Shown here: positions 23,997-37,022 of the stretch, piece after piece
Position numbering within the stretch: position 1 is the stretch's first letter
Layout: each line of letters starts with the position of its first letter
Assembly: GCA_965153285.1 (NCBI GenBank)
Contig: OZ229122.1
Strand: one strand, 5' to 3'
Origin: Podarcis tiliguerta
Taxonomy: Eukaryota
DNA: 64,000 nucleotides
Translations under genes and position numbers: made by a program
The notes under the pieces: generated by a model
What the model was told of the DNA's origin: nothing
Databases searched by the model: none
Seen by the model: only the letters and a program-made list of their open reading frames with translations

Positions 23997-26900
23997 GTAA
24001 GTGTCATCTGGTACAGCTCTGCACTGCAAACAAACAAAAGCACAGTGGGTACAAAGTTTGCATCATGTTTGAGCTCTGTCATCTCTACTTAAAGTATCTC
24101 AAGAAGCATGGCTGGGAAGTGCTCCTGCCTGAACCCTGGGAGAGCTGCTGGCAGTCAGAGTAGACATTGCTGGACAAATGAACTCAGGCTTAGGCTGGAG
24201 AGAGGACAGCTTTATTTGTTCAGGTCTAGTCAAGCTAATATCCATATTTCTCAGATGCATGGTTATTTGTTCTGATTGTGCTTTTTCCTTGGCCAGCATC
24301 AGCTTACTTACTACTTGCAGGATAGACCTGGAAGTCCTCAAATGCGCAATATCTAGTGCATATAGAATGAATGAATGAATTTTATTATTTCGGTCACAGA
24401 CCAGTTCCAGCCCACATACAATATCAAGGAAGTCATAAAACATGATAGGGATACATTTGAATTTGCAATTATAACAGGGACAATACAGATATAGCAACAG
24501 TTTAAAAATATATAAATTAAAACTTAGTCAGTAACATATAACCTAAAATTATCATTTAAAACCTTAATCATTATGATAGCGCAACTTGTTCCTTAAGTTT
24601 TATGACAACCACACAAGTGATTATAGACTAGATTGAGGCTGGGGTTAGCTGTGCTGCCGACATCATCATCTTAAAGAGTGGTCAATGTGCACTGCGAAGC
24701 ATGAATGAGTGAGAGAGTTCTTTACCTGCAGATAGGTTCAATTGGGGGTTGAAACTGGCTGGTCTCAAACCAAATCTGAAGGAGTCCCTTTTTGGTCAAC
24801 TTACAAGCAAGGCCTTGCATAAACCCAGCCAGCACTTTGGATCCCAGGAGCTGCCCATAGAAAACTGCTGTAGTTTGCAAAAAGGATGGCATGCAAAGTC
24901 TTCCATGCTGTTCACTAAGATCATAGGCATAGCACTACTGGATCAGAACTAAGATCCATTTGCAGGCACATGCAAACAGCTAGAATAGTTTTAAGGACAG
25001 TACAGTAGACAAAACTGAAGACTGCCGTTCATCTTGTTTTGTTCTTTAAACCCAAGGCAGATATCTTCACATCCAGCTGGAAAAGCTTGTCAGAACAAAA
25101 AAGAACAACTAATGGGTGCCTGGTATATCTCAGCATTATAAAAAAAATATTGACTATCCATACACCATGATTTCATAAACTTTTGCCACCCTGTCCCTTT
25201 TTCTAAACTAAAAATTCCCAATTCTTGCAGAAAGTGCTTCAGCCTCTAGAATCATTTTGGTGTAGAAGCAGAATAGTGTAAACTTAAATGAATGGACACA
25301 TATAGTAAGTTCATATGCCGTTAATGAATAATTATGATGACCATGTTGTGTCAACACTTCCATGTGCAGTAGCAGTTTTCTTACATTTTAGAGCTGTAGG
25401 CTGCCTCCAGAATCCAGCTTGATTTCTCCTAACCCAGCTTTAACTCCTGCTCTCGGTAGGCCTGGCTTGTGACGTTTGTTTTCATGACCCTACTTCAGGT
25501 TTCAGTGGCTGGTTTGACTGGGCTCCATTCCTTGTCAGGAAAGCCCATCTTAGCAGAACAATAGCAGCTGCACTCCAAGCAATCATGACATCAGCCGTTA
25601 TCTTGATCTTGTGCTAGGGGCCAGGGATTGCTGTCCTGGCCCAGCCTTTTCTTCTCTGTGCCAAGTTCAAAACAAATAAGCTTCCAGCAGGGGCCAGCTG
25701 TGTCTGGAGATAGGAGCGGTTGAGTCATTCTGCTGCAGGGCAGGAGTTGCTGTCAATATCTGGGAGTGTACAGGAATCCCCACTGCTGATTTAAGTGACT
25801 CTTAACTGAAAACTTTGAGGAGAAAGCCAGAGAGACAACTTTGGAGTTCTTTCAAGGTGCTGTTTTCTATCAGTACAGAGCAAGTGGCTGGAGTGTGGGG
25901 TGGGGTGGGGGTGGGGTGGGGGGTGGAGGAGAGGTTCCCTGTTGCATCAGTTGATCATAATTTGGGTAGCCGGTGATGAGCTGCAGCCAAACCATTCTCA
26001 GCAAGGTTTTCGCAAAGGGTGAAAAATTGCACATAGGTTATTTAGAGGTGCAAAATAATGAACCTTCTGCTCCTCAAATATAAATACCTTTCCAGATTGC
26101 AAAATCCACTTCCATTGGGGGTAACGACTCCATTAGAAAATTACTATGAGCTGTTTTCGATCTGTTGTGCATGTGCATTTTTTTAAAAAGGCAGATGGCA
26201 AAGTTCTTTAAGGGGGGGAATAAATTAGGGAGTTTGACTGCTGAGGTGACTAAATTCAGTGCTAAGATGTGGAACTTGCAGCTCATGCATCTCTTCCCTT
26301 TAGCAGTGGAATCTGCAAGGTGGTGACACACACATATGGAAGGTAGAGCGGAGGGAGGAGACTTTGCAGATTTTGTTGGCCTCAGCAAATGGTCTTTATA
26401 CTGAGTCAGACCATTGGTTCATCCAGCCCAGTTCTTCCATTGGCACCAACCCTCCCAAGCTCCCATGTCGAGCTCTGTTAACCTGGAACCCATCTGATTT
26501 GGTGATGCCAAGGATTGCACCTTGAACCATCTGCATGCAAATGATTTGCTTTACCGCAGAGCCTTGTTGCTTCCTCTTAGAATTCAAAAGCTGAGGGTGT
26601 GTCACCCTTCGCTGGAGAGGAAGAACAGTGAATCTTCTTTCCTGCTGGAAAAAATGCTTTCTATCTCTCCTTCCTCAGCCCGGCCACTCCCGGCTGGGAT
26701 GGGTTTATCTCGTAACTTTTCAGGCAGCAGTACATTCCAAGCAGATGGTTGCCTTGGCTGAAAAACAAATAGTTTTGCAAAGCGGGGGCTTCCTTATCTC
26801 CGTGGCTGTGTGGGAAGCAAGTGTGTATTTCGCTGCCAGTGCCATTGGCTGATCACGCTCTACCCCCTTAGCTGCACAAAGGGCCCTTTTGACATTTAGT

Positions 26901-28336
26901 TTGCAGCCAAAGGCATGTTGGGGTTCATTGTCTTGCCACCTGAGACCTTAGGAGGGCTGAGATGGAGGGCAGGATGGAGATGTGCTCCGGGGATTGATGC
27001 ACAGCTGGAATAGGAGTTTCCCTACACCTTGAGCGTAAAATTAATGGAATGGAAAAGAGAGCGATGGCAATGCAGTCCTCTTCTCTCTGCTTTTCTGTGT
27101 CTTAATAACTGGCATGCAGTAGAATCCTTCAGGCTTAGGGAACCGAGTTCCAAAAAAGATAACTGAGGCCAGGAAAGCAGAATGAAAGTTATCCAGTTGG
27201 CCGGCGCTGCACGATGCACAGGAGGCGAGACTTGTTCCAGTTGGAGAGGGCGAGATCTTTGGCTAAAAGCAAGGAACCACCTTAGCTCCAGATGGCTGGG
27301 CCAGGAGGTTGGGGGGCGGGGGAAGGAGGCTCAGGTGATTAGGTGCCAATGGGGAGCTACACATTCCATGGCTGGAAGGAGCGGAACATTGGAACATTCC
27401 GTTGAGGGAGGGTGTTCTGTGGAACTGTGTGTGTCTCCGTGTGTATACACTTAATTTGATACAGGCCTTAGTAGAATCTGAGCTGAACTCGGAAGGGGAG
27501 AGGGATTGTGTTCCTCTGCTCCTGCAGTCTTCTAAGAAGGGAGGGGACCTCCAAGTATGTGTGCTCTTGTCTAGCAGTAGGATACTATCACCAGCTCCTC
27601 TCTTGAAATCATGCAAGGCCTTCTGGGGTTGCAATCTTTTGACTCAGGGTGGGAAAGGGGGACTTTTTTGTTCCTGACCACCTGCAATTTCTCCGTCCAC
27701 CATCTAATCCTGCAAATGGGAGCCCCTTCCAACCGCTTTCCACGCCTCTACTTGGGGCATGTGGAAGGTAATGTTTCCAGACACAGTGTTCCCTGGACCC
27801 GACGGCTGGCAATTCATAAAGTTCCTGGGCTGAATTGCTGCGTGCCCATTGGAGAACAGTGAAACTGAGACCGAGGAGCTCCCCCACCCCTTTGGATGTG
27901 AACCACAAATTTCTTGCCTGCCTCTTGATCACGCAATGCCTGTTGCCAGAGACATGAGTCTTGAAACTCGCTAACTTCTTTTAAAAAAGGCTTGAAATAT
28001 GGCCGCCCCTCCCTCCCGCTAGCCCCGTGTCCCTGCCAATTAGTGAAACAAGTGGAGAGGAGCAGAGCGCGCAGCTGTTTCCAGTCTGTAAGTGCAGCTG
28101 GCACACCCTGGATATGCTGGGAATGCTTGGCGGTCTGGCAGCGCAACTGGTATTCTCAGTCAGGGGGGAGCTGTTCGCCGTCCAAGCGACGTGAGCATGC
28201 TGGCGGGAGCAAAGAGCGTGGAGGTGGTGGGCTGTTGCAATCCTCAGCCCTTTCGCTCTGCAATGGTTTTCCCTTCTTAGCTTATCAGAGGCTGCATTTT
28301 GCTTGCGTCTGGGGTATATCGCTTCAGGCTATGGGT

Positions 28337-28352
28337 GGGCGGCTCACGTGAC
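28337..28352. promoter_or_regulatory. GC box plus CLEAR/E-box (GGGCGG-c-TCACGTGAC) in the last ATP6V0A1 intron
   Basis: 9 of 10 match to the CLEAR consensus GTCACGTGAC within a locally CpG-richer segment (about 27950-28360); function not shown. Confidence 0.35.
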
Positions 28353-30736
28353 TGAGCTCTCCTTCTTAACATGCACAAATCTCTGCATGTAGAAAGGTGG
28401 TGTGTCAGGAAGAAGAGCTCTAGCATAACCTTTGCCCTGATGCACTAGTCTTCTGTGTGCAAGGATTTTGCTCGTGTGGGTCTGGCAGGCGAATCGTGAA
28501 ACTGGAGATTTTGCAAAGGGAGAGAAGGCTAGTTCATATTGGTAGCTGACAAATTCCATCTGTGCCTTTTGCCTTTTGGGGGAAAGTGTTGCATTTGCTT
28601 GCAAAGGTGTATGAGCGTTTGCTTGATCCATTATGCCTTCTCACTGCCCCTGAGTTAAATGAAGTTTCTCTGTATTCTCTGGTGTATTTGGGTTTGCAAG
28701 ATGGATGTTAGTCTTTAAAAAGAATCCTGCACTTGAAACATTCCACCCTAGAGGAGCAGCGGCAGCAAATCAACTCGTACTCCGTTTTTCTCTGTATCTG
28801 GCAGATGAAGGGGATGGAAAATGTTTCTCACCACAGAGCCAAGAGAAGAGCACGGGGTTTGTTTTCTTAATGAATCATGGGGTTTTTCTTTCCATGTTTG
28901 GTGCCTGTTTATGATTGGGCAGCCTTCCAGTACCATTCCCTTTACATTTTGAGTTCATTAGTGGAAACGGCAAAACAGCAAAAGAAACAAACCGATCCTG
29001 GAATGCAGGCCTCTGTTCCTTTCTCTGGTGTTTCCCTGTGGTACCCTGAAGTTGGTGATGGAAGAAGAGGGGCTCCAGACTGCTCTGGTTCGAAAGAAAG
29101 ACGTCTCGTTTGCCGTGGCTTAGATGGGCATTTAGAATAGTTTTTGGAGTGCAGCTGAGGTGAGCTACACAGATCTGAAACAAACTGTGACCTTTGTATG
29201 GTATTCCAGTACTGAATCTTTAGCTTTTTTGCCAAAATGGAAGATTTTCGTTCCACTTTGTGAAATGTATCGAAGCCTAATCAACTTGAATCGTTCCCTT
29301 CCCTTTTCTTTTTGAGGGGAACATCATAGGTTAGGGAAGACATGATAACAGTGACCCTGACTTGGCTGGGTGAACCTAAGACTTTGGATTGATGTCCAGG
29401 TAATGGCCTTCCACAAAATCACTACTGGGAGAATGTGGCATACTTGCAAAGTTCCCTGGCATAGATACAACCCCGAAGGCCTTGCAAGAACTGGGAGGGG
29501 GGAATCCGGGTACCTATGCCATGTTGTGCTACACCCCTGTGGTTTATTTGAAAAAGGCCTTGGGAGACCTCAGTTCAAACCCCTCTCGTCCATGATGCGC
29601 TAGGATCAGTGACTATATTTCAGCCTAGCCTGCCTCACAGTGAATGGCGAGGATAAAATATGATAACCTCCATGTATTGCCCTGAACAATTTGGAGGAAG
29701 GTGGAATACAAATACGGTATACGCCGCATGAAGCGCTCTCTCTCTCGCTCTCTGTATGTGTGTTAGAATCTTGGCTGGTTCTGAGGTGGGTGTCTAAATG
29801 GTCACCCCTGGGAATTTCAAGAAAATCATCATCTGTGGGAGGATGCAGAATGCTCTTTGGAATTCTGAACCATCAAATCATCCTGACCTCAGAGATGAGG
29901 AATAGGATTCTGCATCGCTGACAGTCCAGAATTCTAAAGAGCCTGTCCTTTCAGGGGTTGTCGCTCACGGTTCTTCTGGGGTATATCCATGGAAGCTGCT
30001 TCGGTGCCTGGTTTCCTGTTGTGATGCTAAACCAGATGCAGAGGAGAGAGTCTAAAGTAGTGCTGTGTTGGGTACTCAGTCCAGGTGTGCCCCTTGCCCT
30101 TAGCCTCCTAGATACATGGGTTTAGCAGAGATAGACATAACCACAATAATTGTGTTTTTCCTCCATTGTCAGAGGTAGTGTGCCCCCTGAATGCCCACTT
30201 CTTGGACTCATGAGTGCATAGAGTGCTGTTGCGCTCAGGTCCTGCTTTGGGGCTCCGCATGGGAATGGGGTTAACCACTGTGAGAACAGGGGGCTGGACT
30301 AGATGGGCCTTTAGCCTGATCCACTTTAAGGACACATCCCATCCACCCAGAAGTGCTTGAGAGAGGTGTGGAGCAGAGCCAGTGAGAGTCCAGAGGGTTG
30401 GATAGAGGGGCCTGTATTCAGCCACCAGACCTGAGGTTCCCCATTCCTACGTTTGGGCATAGAGTGCTGTTATCGCTTGCATGCCTGAGTCCTTGCACTG
30501 ATACGCACTCACATTTGCTGCAATTTGAACCTTCTGCAAAGGCAACCGGGAGGGGGGCTGTGGGTTTAAACTTGGACAGGGAATTGGGATATCTGAAACG
30601 GTACATTGCAGTAGTAAAACATGAATACCATAGAAAGGATAAGGTCACTGCCACTTTTGAATCTCGAAATTCTTTGACATGCCTCCTGAGCTGATGGTTG
30701 TTTGCTTCTTGTGTTCCTTTTTTTGTTTCTCACTAG

Positions 30737-30830
30737 GGTGGAATTTCAGAACAAGTTCTACATGGGCGCCGGGTTCAAGTTCCTCCCTTTCTCATTTGAC
30801 AACATCCGTGATGGGAGATTTGATGAATGA
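30737..30830 (+). CDS. ATP6V0A1: ATP6V0A1 terminal coding exon ([30 protein letters not shown])
   Basis: actag| acceptor; WVEFQNKFY motif; TGA at 30828-30830. Confidence 0.97.
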
Positions 30831-32458
30831 TCCTCTTGAGGCCAGTTGGATGGATGTGTGGCAGTAAACCTTGGCTCCCTCCTGCATGTGTTTGTGTTTA
30901 CCTGTGTGTGATAAATCTGAAGTTGTATAGCTCTCCGGTTGTGTAGTCGAGCTGCTAGTGTGACAATATTGTGCTTTTCTCATGAGAACCCCACTCAAAA
31001 GAGAAAGGGAATAATAGGAAAAACCTAAGAATCATAAGAAAATATTGTTCCTGTAATCACCTTGGCAGGTCCTGGGGTGTGGCAGTGTCCTTCAAGTTGC
31101 ACAGACAGAGACTACCGTGGGGGAGCACATCCTAACCATCTGCAGCCTGTTAATAACAAGCATGTTAGCTGCTCAGTTTGGTACCAGAAAGTGAAGTGCA
31201 GTTCAAGAACACACAGGACTAGAAACTTGTATAAGCTTCTTCTGGCAAATTGTCTTGCCAGAGGGGCCATTATTCCTCAGTCCAACCACACACACTTATC
31301 TCTCCTGACCTCCAGAGCAGCACACTGGACTACTAGCAACAAGTCCCAGATTTGCCCTGTGCAAAAGTTGAATTCCAGCTTTATGCCTATCCAGCGATTT
31401 GCTGGGGGCAGATTTTCCTCTTTTACTGGCACTTTTTCTCCCATACCCTCAGTTAAATTGCCATCATAAAATTACTTAAAAGGCAACACACATGACAGGC
31501 AAGAGAGCTCCCACCCCACCTGCGCCTGCCACACGTCCTAGCTTGAAGCTTGACCTCTGAGCAGAGCATAGGCTGCTATTCCCTCCCCCTCTCATTGCTC
31601 TTGCTCAACTGCTTGTAAGCTACATCTTGTCCCCTCTTCTCTGCCTCGCCCCTCTGTGTGGGCGTAATCCTCTAGGAAACTCTGACTGAAAGCAAAGGAT
31701 TCTTTGGGAAAGGTGACCCCCCACATGGCATTACAACTGGATGTTTTTGGAACTGCCCTTCCCTGGACAAGAGCAGGCCGGCGAGGGAGGGAGGGAGTTT
31801 GCTTGCCTGCCCCATTGCAGAGCCGACTTGTGCCTGGCTCTGCAGGATTAGTTAATAAGGAAACTTTGACTCACCCTGCCTGCAACTCTGAATGGCTTGT
31901 TTTGTTCCAAGGAAACTGAGGGACTTTCACCTCCAGGAAGCTCCTATGTAACCCTGACATTACTAGATGGAAAGAAGAAGCAGGGTGGGGAAACCTGCAC
32001 ACCCCGATTACTACTGAGCATTTGTAAAAGCCATCCACAGCAGCCCTTGTGTATTTTAGGGTGGGCTTCCCTAGGAAAATAGGAATCTCCCAAGGGCGGG
32101 CAGCATCTGCCTTCCCTTTGCCATAGGAAAGAGGCTGGGCTTTCTGTGCCTCTGTATGCTGAGTATTTATATGATCCGTGTGTATTTGTGTGACTTAAGC
32201 ATGCACTGTTCTAGAATTGTCTCGGTATGAGGCCACCTGTGTCGTGCACTAAAGGCAAGAGCACCGGAACTGGTGTGGCAACTTTATGGGCAGGTGCTAA
32301 TCCCTTATTTGCTCTTGAGTAGAGACTCTGAAGTATCAGGTGCTGCCATGTGTATGTGTGAAATAGAGAGCAACCGGTCATTGTGTTTACTGTTACTGTT
32401 TTGGACAAGTGAAGTATTCCCTCCCCCCGCTGGTCCTCATCAGTCAATCACTGTGTCT

Positions 32459-32464
32459 ATTAAA
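32459..32464 (+). terminator. Candidate polyadenylation signal (ATTAAA) for ATP6V0A1, implying a 3' UTR of about 1.65 kb
   Basis: ATTAAA followed about 20-45 nt later by GT/T-rich sequence (ctgtgtgtcctggtcttcttcttct). An AATAAA alternative lies at 33401-33406. Confidence 0.5.
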
Positions 32465-35400
32465 CTAGTTCATCTCATCTCCTGTGTGTCCTGGTCTTCT
32501 TCTTCTGGAGTGGGGAGGATTAACGGAAGGTGGTTGGCTGGGCTGTGTCAACTAATAAATATTGCACCCAATGCAGTCTAAAAACTGAATTCTGGGGTTG
32601 GTATGAATGATGCAGATGGGATTGCCTCTCATAATTTGCAGGGTGTATTCCACATTTCTGCCATTTTGCATGCTTCCGCTTGTGTTGCCGATGGGAGAGG
32701 CAAAGTCCTGCCTACAGCCAGCGACTGCGTGGGCAAGCTTTTTCAGCCTCCCCTTTGGCTTGTGGAACTCCCAACAAATATTTGCAGCTACAAGAGCTGA
32801 AAACTTCCTTTAGAAAAAAGAAGTAGTGGAGGGGAACACCCTCTAATTTCCAAGGAATCCCAGAATCCACACAGCTGGGCTTGCTGTCTCCTGTGGGTGG
32901 TCTTTCAGGTAGGCCTAAGACCACAGAAAAAGCTCTACATCCTGTTTTATATCAGAGAAACTCCAGAGCTTGCTGCCTTCTCCGTGATGCAGGTGGAAGT
33001 TATGCCCTTGTCCTCCCATTGGCATAACTGGGTTTAGGGTAATTCCTCAACAGCACAAGCTTCCTTGGAGAAGTGAAGGAAGCAAGTTATTATTTGTCTC
33101 ACAGCTGCTGCAAAACGTGTGCTGATACTTGAAACGTCCATTACCTTTTACATTGCAGCCAGCGCTATAAACCACCCTTGACAGCTGTGTCGTGTCAGCT
33201 TCTTGTGGGGAAGTTTTCCCTCCTGTGTTTTGCAGTGCATGGCTATAGTTGCTCCAGAATGGCTCACTTCTTCCCTAAAGTTGCACACAGCCTGCAAAGG
33301 GTCGTATGTTTAGTGTCTTTACAGCACAATCCTAACCATGCTCACTCAGAATTCAGGGCAGGGAACTTCCTGCTGTCAATGGAGCCATCCTTATTATGAG
33401 AATAAACATTAAGTGGGCTGGGAGAGGAGTGGAGCAGCGTGTGCTATCCTTTTTTCTCTGCAAAGGTTCTGCAGTGCTTCACAAATGCCTTCTGGATCTG
33501 TTACACAGTGCCTGGGGAGAAGAACCACATGGGATATGAGAGGAGCGGGTCGATGGTGTCGGCACAAACCTATGTTCCTTCCAGCAAACAAAAACTCCCT
33601 TGTGCATTGAAAACTAGCACATCTGGGATAGGTTTTTGCCTAGCCTCTTCCAAGCATGCCAAACGTGCACATGATTCTTATTTTTCAGTGCAAATGATGT
33701 TGCCGTTCAGTCACAATGGTTCATACTGTTTGTAATAGCTGCAAATGAGCTGCAAATGAGCAAACCTCAGGTTTGCATGCTCCTCCTTCCCTTATGTGAC
33801 TTCTGCCACCATTAAATTTGCATGTTCTTTTAAGGTACCAGGGGACTCTTTGGCCTCTGTGAAAAACCATGCACATCGATGGTCCTAAATAAATAAAAGA
33901 TGAGCAAGATGCTTTGTGGATAAGATCTCAAGTTACACATGTGCATGCTGGGATTTAAAGAGTGATTGAGAGACACTCCCTTGGGGTGAGGGGAGGTGGA
34001 GAAAGGGCACTGGTTGGAAGCCATAGAATGCAAATCCCTTCTAAGGCTGGTGATGAACCAGCTTTGTCACTATAAGGAAAGTGAGAGATTAATGCTTGAA
34101 AATGCATCACATCAGAACATCTCTGAATGCCTAACCACAGCGAATGTGCACTTCTGCTTTTTGCAACAGAAAGAGGAAGCAAGGTTTCTGTGAAAGTTTG
34201 AACTCTTAGCACTTTTTAGAGAAGAAAGTTAGCTGGGGGCAGTGGGTATAAATATCTGGGTGACAGCTGGCACAATCAGAATGTAGGAGAGAAGGGATAT
34301 GAGACATGATGGTTGAGTGCTTTGGCATTTTTGGTGAGAGCTGGAAAAGACTGAGCCAGGCTTTTCTTGGTTTCCCTTTCCTCCCTAGTGGGTTCCACAC
34401 ACTGTCATCCCACCCCCAGATTTATCTGGTGGTCAGACTTGACCCATCCTCTTTTGGAATAGAGGTACTGTGCAACTTCCTTTGGCCAAAGGCTCTGTGA
34501 GTTTGCTGTACACCCCCCCCCCTTTTTTTTATGTGTTCCTCTAAAGACAGGATGGTGGAGCCTGCAGCCCTTCAAATATTCCTGGACTTCAAGTCCCATA
34601 ATCCCTGACTATTAGCTGTGCTGGCTGGGGCTGATGGGAGTTAGGAGTCCGACAACACCTGGAGGGCCACAAGTTCCTCATTTCTGCTTTTAACATTGAA
34701 TTGTCATGTCTCTTCACCCTGCCCTCCACTGCTCATGATCCTGGTGCTTCACTGGCTCTGCTGGTAAGTCAAAACAACAACACTTTATTGTAGTCTGTAA
34801 GTGTAAAGACTGCAGCCTGTAACAGTAAGCCCTGGGACTGGAGAGTAGCAGGGAAGCACATTATGGAGCCGGCTCCTTGGTGACGCTGCACCCTCTGCTT
34901 CCCAGGAATAAACATAAAGGCAAGGGAGAGGCTAACCTTGAACTATCCATTGGCCAAAGAAGAAGCAGCTGTAGAAAACTCACCCAGAAAGAACACAAGT
35001 GCCTACTGAAGAAGTAAGGGGGAAAGAGCACTCTGCTTTCATCCATTAGCAACAGGAAAAAGAGCCACCAGCATGAGACAATCAGCCTAGCTCACCAATT
35101 TGTCTTGACCTTAAAGAGTTGCAGTCCCTCCAAGCTGGTTGGATTATTATTATTTTTAAAATGAGGCATGTATTCTGCAACATGGCATTGATACAGTGGT
35201 AGATTTAGTGCATTGTGGTAGACTTAGACTGGACAGTCCGCACATCCTTCTGTTTTGTTAGTTGGTCTGGGGTGCTTTCCCAGTGTTGCTGTATTATTGC
35301 TGAGTAGAAGGGGACTATAGAGCACCAAAAGTGGGTCAAAAAATAAACCAGGAAATTTGTGGTATACAAAAATCACGGGGTGTCACCAAGGCGTTACAGG

Positions 35401-36085
35401 GGCACGCACTGCTTTGAAACAAAGCAGTGTGTCAGCTCCAAAAAGGTTTGTCTGTACAAACAGTACTGAAAGTGGGACCATGAATAACTTGTCCTGATAC
35501 CATCATGAGCATGAATAATAATGCACCATGAAAACCGGCCTTTGGCACCTGAGATGTCTGTTTTTAGGGCCTGCCCTATTCCTGTGATTGTAATCGGTTT
35601 GTACTGTTTGCTATTTTATATTGTTGTAACCTGCCCTGGAACCTGCTAGTGAAGGGTGGGTAATAAATTTGCTGGTGATAAAAAGGATATCTGGAGGGGG
35701 CCTTGAAGGCTCCTCTGCCTTTTCCCTCCAGATCCCTTTCCTTGTCTGTCTGGTCTTTTTTTGTTTGCATGCCTGATGGCAGGGTCTGTACCTCTCTCTT
35801 TTTAACTGATGTGAGCTGTTTCGGTAGATGATAATTGTCTGAAAAGCTAGATAAAAACACAGTACATTCATAAATAACACTGATAGACTGTAAGACTGCC
35901 ACCTCAAATATTGGGTAGCATTTGCAAAGTAAGAATCACAAATCAAACAATGTTTCTAGCACACCATAAAAGCAAACCTGCTAAAGCAGGAGTTCCCAAG
36001 CTGTGGTCCATGGAACCCCAGTGGTAATGAACTTCATGCAGGTGATCCGTGGCACATTTGTGGATTTATGATTGAATACAGGATA

Positions 36086-36112
36086 GGTAAAGGTAAAGCG
36101 CCACCCGCGTCC
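36086..36112 (-). mobile_element. 27-bp Sauria-SINE remnant (5' end joined directly to the ACCTTT tail) with a 14-bp TSD
   Basis: ttgaatacaggata at 36072-36085 and 36113-36126 flanks an insert whose reverse complement is ggacgcgggtggcgctttacctttacc. Confidence 0.75.
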
Positions 36113-36164
36113 TTGAATACAGGATATACATCACATTAACCTCCAAACCATCCTAAATATCTTC

Positions 36165-36620
36165 CAGATATGCTCTGGTATCTTCCAGAAAGGATTGCTG
36201 CAATGATCTCTATGCGGGGCTGCCCTTGATGACAATTCAGGAACTTTGACTGGTCCAAATTGCAGCAGTCAGATTACTGGCAAGGGTTCTGTTTGGATCT
36301 CACATACCCCCTGTTTTAAAACAGCTGTGCTGGTTGCCATTTTATTTCTGGGCCCAACTCACAAGTGCTCATCAGGAATGCCAACTTGGCCCTGTGACCA
36401 TGGGTGCCAGGGGCTGTGGGTGCTATGCAGTGTGCAAGGCCCTGGCACCAAAATTTGTGGGTACCCAGCCCCTTCATGTGGAATTTTGGGGGTGCTTGGG
36501 CACCCAGGGAGTTGGCACCTATGGTGCTCATACTAGAGGTGTGCCTGTCGCCTTCATTATAACAACCTATGGAGAATGCTGAAGACGTACGTCTTTACCC
36601 TGACTTTTGACACTTGAGCT
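36165..36620 (+). mobile_element. Degenerate L2-like LINE ORF2 3' fragment, interrupted by a hAT MITE
   Basis: Translates as ALVSSRKDCCNDLYAGLPLMTIQEL*LVQIAAVRLL...HIPPVLKQLCWLP, matching the L2 pattern SRLDYCN..LP...LQLVQNAAARL...LHWLP. Confidence 0.8.
36373..36523. mobile_element. hAT-type MITE inserted in the L2 fragment
   Basis: Imperfect TIRs (caggaatgccaact / agttggcacctatg) and a perfect 8-bp TSD gtgctcat (36365-36372 / 36524-36531). Confidence 0.8.
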
Positions 36621-36623
36621 GTA

Positions 36624-36865
36624 CAGTGGTACCTTGGGTTACATACGCTTCAGGTTACATATGCTTCAGGTTACAGACTCCACTAACCCAGAAATATTAC
36701 CTCGGGATAAGAACTTTGCTTCAGGTTGAGAACAGAAATCGTGCAGTGGTGGCGCAGTGGCAGCAGGAGGCCCCATTAGCTAAAGTGGTGCTTCAGGTTA
36801 AGAACAGTTTCAGGTTAAGAACGGACCTCCGGAAGAAATTAAGTACGCAACCAGAGGTACCACTG
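36624..36865. mobile_element. Tc1/mariner-superfamily (Tigger-like) MITE
   Basis: TA TSD on both sides; about 23-bp imperfect TIRs cagtggtaccttgggttacatac / gtacgcaaccagaggtaccactg; internal ttcaggtt repeats. Confidence 0.88.
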
Positions 36866-36884
36866 TATATTTATTTATCGAGAA

Positions 36885-37022
36885 CAGTGCTATTTTTCTA
36901 GAAAAAGAGGTGCCAGAACTCACCACGAACACCTCCCTTGTTCTCTTACAATGGCAATGGCGCCCAACTGAGAGGTGCTGGAACTGAGTTTTGGCGAATT
37001 CCGGCTAAAAGAAAAAGCTCCT
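36885..37022. mobile_element. hAT-type MITE (second copy, inverted, at 56265-56400)
   Basis: cagtgctatttttctagaaaaaga... terminus; 7/8 TSD atcgagaa/atcgagag; homologous along its length to 56265-56400. Confidence 0.8.

Noticed and set aside
36636-36822. Repeated ttcaggtt units resembling a spaced repeat (CRISPR-like) array
   Set aside because: They are short, irregular internal repeats of a TA-flanked MITE in a eukaryotic genome, with no cas genes or uniform spacers.
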